DNA of 64,000 bases, taken from assembly GCF_009914755.1 (NCBI RefSeq), contig NC_060939.1; one strand, 5' to 3'. The DNA comes from the human T2T-CHM13v2.0 reference genome, Homo sapiens. The notes beneath the pieces were generated by a model, which had not been told where the DNA came from, did not search any database, and worked only from the letters and a program-made list of their open reading frames with translations. The position numbers and the translations under genes were made by a program. Shown here in pieces: positions 42,701 through 55,900 of this stretch (positions are counted from its first letter, which is position 1; the number at the start of each line of letters is the position of its first letter).

Positions 42701-45700
42701 ATTCCATTCCAGTCTATTCCACTTGTGTCCACTGCATTCCATTCCACTCCATTCCATATTATTCCATTACACTCCATTCCATTCTATTACTTTCATTTCC
42801 ATTCAATTCCATTCCATTTGATTCCATTCCACTCGGTTTCATTCCATTTGAGTCCACTCCATTCCATTCCATTCCATTCCATTCAGTTCCATTCCATTCT
42901 GTTCCACTCCATTCCGTTCCATTACATTCCATTCCATTCGGTACCATTCCATATTGTTCCATTCGATTCCATTCGAATCCATTCCATTCCAGTCCATTCC
43001 ATTCGATTCCATTCCATTCATTTCAATTCCATTCCATTCCATTCCATTACATTCCACTTGATTCCTCTCCATTCCCTTCCACTGCATTCCGTTCGATTCC
43101 ATTCCATTGCATTGCATTCCATTCCATTGGATTGCATTCCTTTCGATTCCATTCCATTCGAATCAATTACATAGCAATCCATTACATTCGAGTCTATTCT
43201 CTTCCGTTCCATTCGATTTCGTTCCAATCCATTCGATTCCATTCCATTCGATTCCATTCCATACTATTGCATTCCATTCGATTACATTATATTCGAATAA
43301 GTTCCATTCAAGACCATTTCTTTTGAGTCCATTCTATTTGAGTCCATTCCCTTTGATTCCATAACATTTGAGTCCATTCAATTCCATTCCTTTCGTTTCC
43401 ATTCCATTTGATGCCATTCCATTCAATTCTGTTCTACTCGACTCCAATACATTCAATTCCATTCCATCCGATTCCATTACATTCTTTTCATTTCTTATCC
43501 ATTTCAAGCCATTCCACTCCATTCCATTCCACTCGTTTCCTTTCCATTCGAGTCCATTCCTCTCCAGTCCATTCCGTTCAATCCATTCCATTCCAGTCCA
43601 TTCCATTCGAGTCCGTTCCATTCCAGTCCATTCCATTCGAGTCAATTCCATCCCATTCGATGTCTTTCCATAACGATCCATTCCATTCTATTCCTTTCGA
43701 TTCCATTCCATTCTATTTCATTCCATTCGATTCCCTTCCATTGGACTCCTTTCCATTCGAGTGCATTCCATTCCGTTCCATTTCTTTCCGTTCTGTACGA
43801 TTCCTACCGTTCGATTTCATTTTGTTCCAGTCCATTCCTTTCGCGTCCATTCCATTCCATTTCACTCCATTCGATTCCATTCCACTCGATTCCACTTCGT
43901 TCCATTTCATTGCATTCCATTCTATTCAACTCTATTGCCTTCCATTCCATTCCATTCGATTACATTCCATGCGATTCCATTCGAAATCGAATCAATTACA
44001 TTGCAATCCATTACTATTGAGTCCGTTTTATTCCAGTCCACTGCATTCTGGTCCATTCCATTTGATTCCATTCCATTCTATTCCATTCCATACAGTTGCA
44101 TTCCATTGGATTCCATGCTATATCTATAAATTCAATTCGAGACCATTGCTTTTGAGTCCATTCTATATGATTCCATTCCATTCAAGTCCATTACATTTGG
44201 TTCAATTCCATTCCATTCCATTCCCTTCCATTCCATTCCATTTGATATCAATCCATTCGATTCCATTCCATTCGAGCACATTCCATTCGAGTCCATTCCA
44301 TTCGATGCCATTCCATTTGATTCTATTCCATTAGTCTCCATTCAATTCCATTAATCTCCATTCCATTCCATTCTACTCCAACTGATTCCATTCCATTCTA
44401 TTCCTTTCCATTCCATTTCATTCCATTCCATTCCATTTCATTCCATTCCATTCCATTCGTGTCCATTCCACTCCAGTCCATTCCATTCGTGTCCATTCCA
44501 TTCCAGTCCATTCCATTTGTGTCCACTGCATTCCATTCCACTCCATTCCATATTATTCCATTACACTCCATTCCATTCTATTACTTTCATTTCCATTCAA
44601 TTCCATTCCATTTGATTCCATTCCACTCGGTTTCATTCCATTTGAGTCCACTCCATTCCATTCCATTCCATTCCATTCAGTTCCATTCCATTCTGTTCCA
44701 TTCCATTCCGTTCCATTACATTCCATTCCATTCGGTACCATTCCATATTGTTCCATTCGATTCCATTCGAATCCATTCCATTCCAGTCCATTCCAATCGA
44801 TTCCATTCCATTCATTTCAATTCCATTCCATTCCATTCCATTACATTCCACTTGATTCCTCTCCATTCCCTTCCACTGCATTCCGTTCGATTCCATTCCA
44901 TTGCATTGCATTCCATTCCATTGGATTGCATTCCATTCGATTCCATTCCATTCGAATCAATTACATAGCAATCCATTACTTTCGAGTCTATTCTATTCCG
45001 TTCCATTCGATTTCGTTCCAATCCATTCGACTCCATTCCATTCGATTCCATTCCATACTATTGCATTCCATTCGATTACATTATATTCGAATAAGTTCCA
45101 TTCAAGACCATTTCTTTTGAGTCCATTCTATTTGAGTCCATTCCCTTTGATTCCATAACATTTGAGTCCATTCAATTCCATTCCTTTCGTTTCCATTCCA
45201 TTTGATGCCATTCCATTCAATTCTGTTCTACTCGACTCCAATACATTCAATTCCATTCCATCCGATTCCATTACATTCTTTTCATTTCTTATCCATTTCA
45301 AGCCATTCCACTCCATTCCATTCCACTCGTTTCCTTTCCATTCGCGTCCATTCCTCTCCAGTCCATTCCGTTCAATCCATTCCATTCCAGTCCATTCCAT
45401 TCGAGTCCGTTCCATTCCAGTCCATTCCATTCGAGTCAATTCCATCCCATTCGATGTCTTTCCATAACGATCCATTCCATTCTATTCCTTTCGATTCCAT
45501 TCCATTCTATTTCATTCCATTCGATTCCCTTCCATTGGACTCCTTTCCATTCGAGTGCATTCCATTCCGTTCCATTTCTTTCCGTTCTGTACGATTCCTA
45601 CCGTTCGATTTCATTTTGTTCCAGTCCATTCCTTTCGCGTCCATTCCATTCCATTTCACTCCATTCGATTCCATTCCACTCGATTCCACTTCGTTCCATT

Positions 45701-46955
45701 TCATTGCATTCCATTCTATTCAACTCTATTGCCTTCCATTCCATTCCATTCGATTACATTCCATGCGATTCCATTCGAAATCGAATCAATTACATTGCAA
45801 TCCATTACTATTGAGTCCGTTTTATTCCAGTCCACTGCATTCTGGTCCATTCCATTTGATTCCATTCCATTCTATTCCATTCCATACAGTTGCATTCCAT
45901 TGGATTCCATGCTATATCTATAAATTCAATTCGAGACCATTGCTTTTGAGTCCATTCTATATGATTCCATTCCATTCAAGTCCATTACATTTGGTTCAAT
46001 TCCATTCCATTCCATTCCCTTCCATTCCATTCCATTTGATATCAATCCATTCGATTCCATTCCATTCGAGCACATTCCATTCGAGTCCATTCCATTCGAT
46101 GCCATTCCATTTGATTCTATTCCATTAGTCTCCATTCAATTCCATTAATCTCCATTCCATTCCATTCTACTCCAACTGATTCCATTCCATTCTATTCCTT
46201 TCCATTCCATTTCATTCCATTCCATTCCATTTAATTCCATTCCATTCCATTCGTGTCCATTCCACTCCAGTCCATTCCATTCGTGTCCATTCCATTCCAG
46301 TCCATTCCATTTGTGTCCACTGCATTCCATTCCACTCCATTCCATATTATTCCATTACACTCCATTCCATTCTATTACTTTCATTTCCATTCAATTCCAT
46401 TCCATTTGATTCCATTCTACTCGGTTTCATTCCATTTGAGTCCACTCCATTCCATTCCATTCCATTCCATTCAGTTCCATTCCATTCTGTTCCATTCCAT
46501 TCCGTTCCATTACATTCCATTCCATTCGGTACCATTCCATATTGTTCCATTCGATTCCATTCGAATCCATTCCATTCCAGTCCATTCCATTCGATTCCAT
46601 TCCATTCATTTCAATTCCATTCCATTCCATTCCATTACATTCCACTTGATTCCTCTCCATTCCCTTCCACTGCATTCCGTTCGATTCCATTCCATTGCAT
46701 TGCATTCCATTCCATTGGATTGCATTCCATTTGATTCCATTCCATTCGAATCAATTACATAGCAATCCATTACATTCGAGTCTATTCTATTCCGTTCCAT
46801 TCGATTTCGTTCCAATCCATTCGATTCCATTCCATTCGATTCCATTCCATACTATTGCATTCCATTCGATTACATTATATTCGAATAAGTTCCATTCAAG
46901 ACCATTTCTTTTGAGTCCATTCTATTTGAGTCCATTCCCTTTGATTCCATAACAT
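39780..46955 (+). repeat. 4-unit block A (U23-U26), copy 2
   Basis: Same ordered diagnostic variants as 289-7464, e.g. 40171 GATTGC, 41331 CAATGG, 41631 AATTCTCTTC, 44791 TTCCAATCGA, 45341 TTCGCGTCC, 46231 TTAATTCC. Confidence 0.88.
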
Positions 46956-49900
46956 TTGAGTCCATTCAATTCCATTCCTTTCGTTTCCATTCCATTTGAT
47001 GCCATTCCATTCAATTCTGTTCTACTCGACTCCAATACATTCAATTCCATTCCATCCGATTCCATTACATTCTTTTCATTTCTTATCCATTTCAAGCCAT
47101 TCCACTCCATTCCATTCCACTCGTTTCCTTTCCATTCGAGTCCATTCCTCTCCAGTCCATTCCGTTCAATCCATTCCATTCCAGTCCATTCCATTCGAGT
47201 CCGTTCCATTCCAGTCCATTCCATTCGAGTCAATTCCATTCCATTCGATGTCTTTCCATAACGATCCATTCCATTCTATTCCTTTCGATTCCATTCCATT
47301 CTATTTCATTCCATTCGATTCCCTTCCATTGGACACCTTTCCATTCGAGTGCATTCCATTCCTTTCCATTTCTTTCCGTTCTGTACGATTCGTACCGTTC
47401 GATTTCATTTTGTTCCAGTCCATTCCTTTCGCGTCCATTCCATTCCATTTCACTCCATTCGATTCCATTCCACTCGATTCCACTTCGTTCCATTTCATTG
47501 CATTCCATTCTATTCAACTCTATTGCCTTCCATTCCATTCCATTCGATTACATTCCATGCGATTCCATTCGAAATCGAATCAATTACATTGCAATCCATT
47601 ACTATTGAGTCCGTTTTATTCCAGTCCACTGCATTCTGGTCCATTCCATTTGATTCCCTTCCATTCTATTCCATTCCATACAGTTGCATTCCATTGGATT
47701 CCATGCTATATCTATAAATTCAATTCGAGACCATTGCTTTTGAGTCCATTCTATATGATTCCATTCCATTCAAGTCCATTACATTTGGTTCAATTCCATT
47801 CCATTCCATTCCCTTCCATTCCATTCCATTTGATATCAATCCATTCGATTCCATTCCATTCGAGCACATTCCATTCGAGTCCATTCCATTCGATGCCATT
47901 CCATTTGATTCTATTCCATTAGTCTCCATTCAATTCCATTAATCTCCATTCCATTCCATTCTACTCCAACTGATTCCATTCCATTCTATTCCTTTCCATT
48001 CCATTTCATTCCATTCCATTCCATTGCATTCCATTCCATTCCATTCGTGTCCATTCCACTCCAGTCCATTCCATTCGTGTCCATTCCATTCCAGTCCATT
48101 CCACTTGTGTCCACTGCATTCCATTCCACTCCATTCCATATTATTCCATTACACTCCATTCCATTCTATTACTTTCATTTCCATTCAATTCCATTCCATT
48201 TGATTCCATTCCACTCGGTTTCATTCCATTTGAGTCCACTCCATTCCATTCCATTCCATTCCATTCAGTTCCATTCCATTCTGTTCCACTCCATTCCGTT
48301 CCATTACATTCCATTCCATTCGGTACCATTCCATATTGTTCCATTCGATTCCATTCGAATCCATTCCATTCCAGTCCATTCCATTCGATTCCATTCCATT
48401 CATTTCAATTCCATTCCATTCCATTCCATTACATTCCACTTGATTCCTCTCCATTCCCTTCCACTGCATTCCGTTCGATTCCATTCCATTGCATTGCATT
48501 CCATTCCATTGGATTGCATTCCTTTCGATTCCATTCCATTCGAATCAATTACATAGCAATCCATTACATTCGAGTCTATTCTCTTCCGTTCCATTCGATT
48601 TCGTTCCAATCCATTCGATTCCATTCCATTCGATTCCATTCCATACTATTGCATTCCATTCGATTACATTATATTCGAATAAGTTCCATTCAAGACCATT
48701 TCTTTTGAGTCCATTCTATTTGAGTCCATTCCCTTTGATTCCATAACATTTGAGTCCATTCAATTCCATTCCTTTCGTTTCCATTCCATTTGATGCCATT
48801 CCATTCAATTCTGTTCTACTCGACTCCAATACATTCAATTCCATTCCATCCGATTCCATTACATTCTTTTCATTTCTTATCCATTTCAAGCCATTCCACT
48901 CCATTCCATTCCACTCGTTTCCTTTCCATTCGAGTCCATTCCTCTCCAGTCCATTCCGTTCAATCCATTCCATTCCAGTCCATTCCATTCGAGTCCGTTC
49001 CATTCCAGTCCATTCCATTCGAGTCAATTCCATCCCATTCGATGTCTTTCCATAACGATCCATTCCATTCTATTCCTTTCGATTCCATTCCATTCTATTT
49101 CATTCCATTCGATTCCCTTCCATTGGACTCCTTTCCATTCGAGTGCATTCCATTCCGTTCCATTTCTTTCCGTTCTGTACGATTCCTACCGTTCGATTTC
49201 ATTTTGTTCCAGTCCATTCCTTTCGCGTCCATTCCATTCCATTTCACTCCATTCGATTCCATTCCACTCGATTCCACTTCGTTCCATTTCATTGCATTCC
49301 ATTCTATTCAACTCTATTGCCTTCCATTCCATTCCATTCGATTACATTCCATGCGATTCCATTCGAAATCGAATCAATTACATTGAAATTCATTACTATT
49401 GAGTCCGTTTTATTCCAGTCCACTGCATTCTGGTCCATTCCATTTGATTCCATTCCATTCTATTCCATTCCATACAGTTGCATTCCATTGGATTCCATGC
49501 TATATCTATAAATTCAATTCGAGACCATTGCTTTTGAGTCCATTCTATATGATTCCATTCCATTCAAGTCCATTACATTTGGTTCAATTCCATTCCATTC
49601 CATTCCCTTCCATTCCATTCCATTTGATATCAATCCATTCGATTCCATTCCATTAGAGCACATTCCATTCGAGTCCATTCCATTCGATGCCATTCCATTT
49701 GATTCTATTCCATTAGTCTCCATTCAATTCCATTAATCTCCATTCCATTCCATTCTACTCCAACTGATTCCATTCCATTCTATTCCTTTCCATTCCATTT
49801 CATTCCATTCCATTCCATTTCATTCCATTCCATTCCATTCGTGTCCATTCCACTCCAGTCCATTCCATTCGCGTCCATTCCATTCCAGTCCATTCCATTT

Positions 49901-52900
49901 GTGTCCACTGCATTCCATTCCACTCCATTCCATATTATTCCATTACACTCCATTCCATTCTATTACTTTCATTTCCATTCAATTCCATTCCATTTGATTC
50001 CATTCCACTCGGTTTCATTCCATTTGAGTCCACTCCATTCCATTCCATTCCATTCCATTCAGTTCCATTCCATTCTGTTCCATTCCATTCCGTTCCATTA
50101 CATTCCATTCCATTCGGTACCATTCCATATTGTTCCATTCGATTCCATTCGAATCCATTCCATTCCAGTCCATTCCATTCGATTCCATTCCATTCATTTC
50201 AATTCCATTCCATTCCATTCCATTCCATTCCACTTGATTCCTCTCCATTCCCTTCCACTGCATTCCGTTCGATTCCATTCCATTGCATTGCATTCCATTC
50301 CATTGGATTGCATTCCATTCGATTCCATTCCATTCGAATCAATTACATAGCAATCCATTACATTCGAGTCTATTCTATTCCGTTCCATTCGATTTCGTTC
50401 CAATCCATTCGACTCCATTCCATTCGATTCCATTCCATACTATTGCATTGCATTCGATTACATTATATTCGAATAAGTTCCATTCAAGACCATTTCTTTT
50501 GAGTCCATTCTATTTGAGTCCATTCCCTTTGATTCCATAACATTTGAGTCCATTCAATTCCATTCCTTTCGTTTCCATTCCATTTGATGCCATTCCATTC
50601 AATTCTGTTCTACTCGACTCCAATACATTCAATTCCATTCCATCCGATTCCATTACATTCTTTTCATTTCTTATCCATTTCAAGCCATTCCACTCCATTC
50701 CATTCCACTCGTTTCCTTTCCATTCGAGTCCATTCCTCTCCAGTCCATTCCGTTCAATCCATTCCATTCCAGTCCATTCCATTCGAGTCCATTCCATTCC
50801 AGTCCATTCCATTCGAGTCAATTCCATCCCATTCGATGTCTTTCCATAACGATCCATTCCATTCTATTCCTTTCGATTCCATTCCATTCTATTTCATTCC
50901 ATTCGATTCCCTTCCATTGGACTCCTTTCCATTCGAGTGCATTCCATTCCGTTCCATTTCTTTCCGTTCTGTACGATTCCTACCGTTCGATTTCATTTTG
51001 TTCCAGTCCATTCCTTTCGCGTCCATTCCATTCCATTTCACTCCATTCGATTCCATTCCACTCGATTCCACTTCGTTCCATTTCATTGCATTCCATTCTA
51101 TTCAACTCTATTGCCTTCCATTCCATTCCATTCGATTACATTCCATGCGATTCCATTCGAAATCGAATCAATTACATTGCAATCCATTACTATTGAGTCC
51201 GTTTTATTCCAGTCCACTGCATTCTGGTCCATTCCATTTGATTCCATTCCATTCTATTCCATTCCATACAGTTGCATTCCATTGGATTCCATGCTATATC
51301 TATAAATTCAATTCGAGACCATTGCTTTTGAGTCCATTCTATATGATTCCATTCCATTCAAGTCCATTACATTTGGTTCAATTCCATTCCATTCCATTCC
51401 CTTCCATTCCATTCCATTTGATATCAATCTATTCGATTCCATTCCATTCGAGCACATTCCATTCGAGTCCATTCCATTCGATGCCATTCCATTTGATTCT
51501 ATTCCATTAGTCTCCATTCAATTCCATTAATCTCCTTTCCATTCCATTCTACTCCAACTGATTCCATTCCATTCTATTCCTTTCCATTCCATTTCATTCC
51601 ATTCCATTCCATTTCATTCCATTCCATTCCATTCGTGTCCATTCCACTCCAGTCCATTCCATTCATGTCCATTCCATTCCAGTCCATTCCATTTGTGTCC
51701 ACTGCATTCCATTCCACTCCATTCCATATTATTCCATTACACTCCATTCCATTCTATTACTTTCATTTCCATTCAATTCCATTCCATTTGATTCCATTCC
51801 ACTCGGTTTCATTCCATTTGAGTCCACTCCATTCCATTCCATTCCATTCCATTCAGTTCCATTCCATTCTGTTCCATTCCATTCCGTTCCATTACATTCC
51901 ATTCCATTCGGTACCATTCCATATTGTTCCATTCGATTCCATTCGAATCCATTCCATTCCAGTCCATTCCATTCGATTCCATTCCATTCATTTCAATTCC
52001 ATTCCATTCCATTCCATTACATTCCACTTGATTCCTCTCCATTCCCTTCCACTGCATTCCGTTCGATTCCATTCCATTGCATTGCATTCCATTCCATTGG
52101 ATTGCATTCCATTCGATTCCATTCCATTCGAATCAATTACATAGCAATCCATTACATTCGAGTCTATTCTATTCCGTTCCATTCGATTTCGTTCCAATCC
52201 ATTCGACTCCATTCCATTCGATTCCATTCCATACTATTGCATTCCATTCGATTACATTATATTCGAATAAGTTCCATTCAAGACCATTTCTTTTGAGTCC
52301 ATTCTATTTGAGTCCATTCCCTTTGATTCCATAATATTTGAGTCCATTCAATTCCATTCCTTTCGTTTCCATTCCATTTGATGCCATTCCATTCAATTCT
52401 GTTCTACTCGACTCCAATACATTCAATTCCATTCCATCCGATTCCATTACATTCTTTTCATTTCTTATCCATTTCAAGCCATTCCACTCCATTCCATTCC
52501 ACTCGTTTCCTTTCCATTCGCGTCCATTCCTCTCCAGTCCATTCCGTTCAATCCATTCCATTCCAGTCCATTCCATTCGAGTCCGTTCCATTCCAGTCCA
52601 TTCCATTCGAGTCAATTCCATCCCATTCGATGTCTTTCCATAACGATCCATTCCATTCTATTCCTTTCGATTCCATTCCATTCTATTTCATTCCATTCGA
52701 TTCCCTTCCATTGGACTCCTTTCCATTCGAGTGCATTCCATTCCGTTCCATTTCTTTCCGTTCTGTACGATTCCTACCGTTCGATTTCATTTTGTTCCAG
52801 TCCATTCCTTTCGCGTCCATTCCATTCCATTTCACTCCATTCGATTCCATTCCACTCGATTCCACTTCGTTCCATTTCATTGCATTCCATTCTATTCAAC

Positions 52901-55900
52901 TCTATTGCCTTCCATTCCATTCCATTCGATTACATTCCATGCGATTCCATTCGAAATCGAATCAATTACATTGCAATCCATTACTATTGAGTCCGTTTTA
53001 TTCCAGTCCACTGCATTCTGGTCCATTCCATTTGATTCCATTCCATTCTATTCCATTCCATACAGTTGCATTCCATTGGATTCCATGCTATATCTATAAA
53101 TTCAATTCGAGACCATTGCTTTTGAGTCCATTCTATATGATTCCATTCCATTCAAGTCCATTACATTTGGTTCAATTCCATTCCATTCCATTCCCTTCCA
53201 TTCCATTCCATTTGATATCAATCCATTCGATTCCATTCCATTCGAGCACATTCCATTCGAGTCCATTCCATTCGATGCCATTCCATTTGATTCTATTCCA
53301 TTAGTCTCCATTCAATTCCATTAATCTCCATTCCATTCCATTCTACTCCAACTGATTCCATTTCATTCTATTCCTTTCCATTCCATTTCATTCCATTCCA
53401 TTCCATTCGTGTCCATTCCACTCCAGTCCATTCCATTCGTGTCCATTCCATTCCAGTCCATTCCATTTGTGTCCACTGCATTCCATTCCACTCCATTCCA
53501 TATTATTCCATTACACTCCATTCCATTCTATTACTTTCATTTCCATTCAATTCCATTCCATTTGATTCCATTCCACTCGGTTTCATTCCATTTGAGTCCA
53601 CTCCATTCCATTCCATTCCATTCCATTCAGTTCCATTCCATTCTGTTCCATTCCATTCCGTTCCATTACATTCCATTCCATTCGGTACCATTCCATATTG
53701 TTCCATTCGATTCCATTCGAATCCATTCCATTCCAGTCCATTCCATTCGATTCCATTCCATTCATTTCAATTCCATTCCATTCCATTCCATTCCATTCCA
53801 CTTGATTCCTCTCCATTCCCTTCCACTGCATTCCGTTCGATTCCATTCCATTGCATTGCATTCCATTCCATTGGATTGCATTCCATTCGATTCCATTCCA
53901 TTCGAATCAATTACATAGCAATCCATTACATTCGAGTCTATTCTCTTCCGTTCCATTCGATTTCGTTCCAATCCATTCGATTCCATTCCATTCGATTCCA
54001 TTCCATACTATTGCATTCCATTCGATTACATTATATTCGAATAAGTTCCATTCAAGACCATTTCTTTTGAGTCCATTCTATTTGAGTCCATTCCCTTTGA
54101 TTCCATAACATTTGAGTCCATTCAATTCCATTCCTTTCGTTTCCATTCCATTTGATGCCATTCCATTCAATTCTGTTCTACTCGACTCCAATACATTCAA
54201 TTCCATTCCATCCGATTCCATTACATTCTTTTCATTTCTTATCCATTTCAAGCCATTCCACTCCATTCCATTCCACTCGTTTCCTTTCCATTCGAGTCCA
54301 TTCCTCTCCAGTCCATTCCGTTCAATCCATTCCATTCCAGTCCATTCCATTCGAGTCCGTTCCATTCCAGTCCATTCCATTCGAGTCAATTCCATCCCAT
54401 TCGATGTCTTTCCATAACGATCCATTCCATTCTATTCCTTTCGATTCCATTCCATTCTATTTCATTCCATTCGATTCCCTTCCATTGGACTCCTTTAAAT
54501 TCGAGTGCATTCCATTCCGTTCCATTTCTTTCCGTTCTGTACGATTCCTACCGTTCGATTTCATTTTGTTCCAGTCCATTCCTTTCGCGTCCATTCCATT
54601 CCATTTCACTCCATTCGATTCCATTCCACTCGATTCCACTTCGTTCCATTTCATTGCATTCCATTCTATTCAACTCTATTGCCTTCCATTCCATTCCATT
54701 CGATTACATTCCATGCGATTCCATTCGAAATCGAATCAATTACATTGCAATCCATTACTATTGAGTCCGTTTTATTCCAGTCCACTGCATTCTGGTCCAT
54801 TCCATTTGATTCCATTCCATTCTATTCCATTCCATACAGTTGCATTCCATTGGATTCCATGCTATATCTATAAATTCAATTCGAGACCATTGCTTTTGAG
54901 TCCATTCTATATGATTCCATTCCATTCAAGTCCATTACATTTGGTTCAATTCCATTCCATTCCATTCCCTTCCATTACATTCCATTTGATATCAATCCAT
55001 TCGATTCCATTCCATTCGAGGACATTCCATTCGAGTCCATTCCATTCGATGCCATTCCATTTGATTCTATTCCATTAGTCTCCATTCAATTCCATTAATC
55101 TCCATTCCATTCCATTCTACTCCAACTGATTCCATTCCATTCTATTCCTTTCCATTCCATTTCATTCCATTCCATTCCATTTCATTCCATTCCATTCCAT
55201 TCGTGTCCATTCCACTCCAGTCCATTCCATTCGTGTCCATTCCATTCCAGTCCATTCCATTTGTGTCCACTGCATTCCATTCCACTCCATTCCATATTAT
55301 TCCATTACACTCCATTCCATTCTATTACTTTCATTTCCATTCAATTCCATTCCATTTGATTCCATTCCACTCGGTTTCATTCCATTTGAGTCCACTCCAT
55401 TCCATTCCATTCCATTCCATTCAGTTCCTTTCCATTCTGTTCCATTCCATTCCGTTCCATTACATTCCATTCCATTCGGTACCATTCCATATTGTTCCAT
55501 TCGATTCCATTCGAATCCATTCCATTCCAGTCCATTCCATTCGATTCCATTCCATTCATTTCAATTCCATTCCATTCCATTCCATTACATTCCACTTGAT
55601 TCCTCTCCATTCCCTTCCACTGCATTCCGTTCGATTCCATTCCATTGCATTGCATTCCATTCCATTGGATTGCATTCCTTTCGATTCCATTCCATTCGAA
55701 TCAATTACATAGCAATCCATTACATTCGAGTCTATTCTCTTCCGTTCCATTCGATTTCGTTCCAATCCATTCGATTCCATTCCATTCGATTCCATTCCAT
55801 ACTATTGCATTCCATTCGATTACATTATATTCGAATAAGTTCCATTCAAGACCATTTCTTTTGAGTCCATTCTATTTGAGTCCATTCCCTTTGATTCCAT

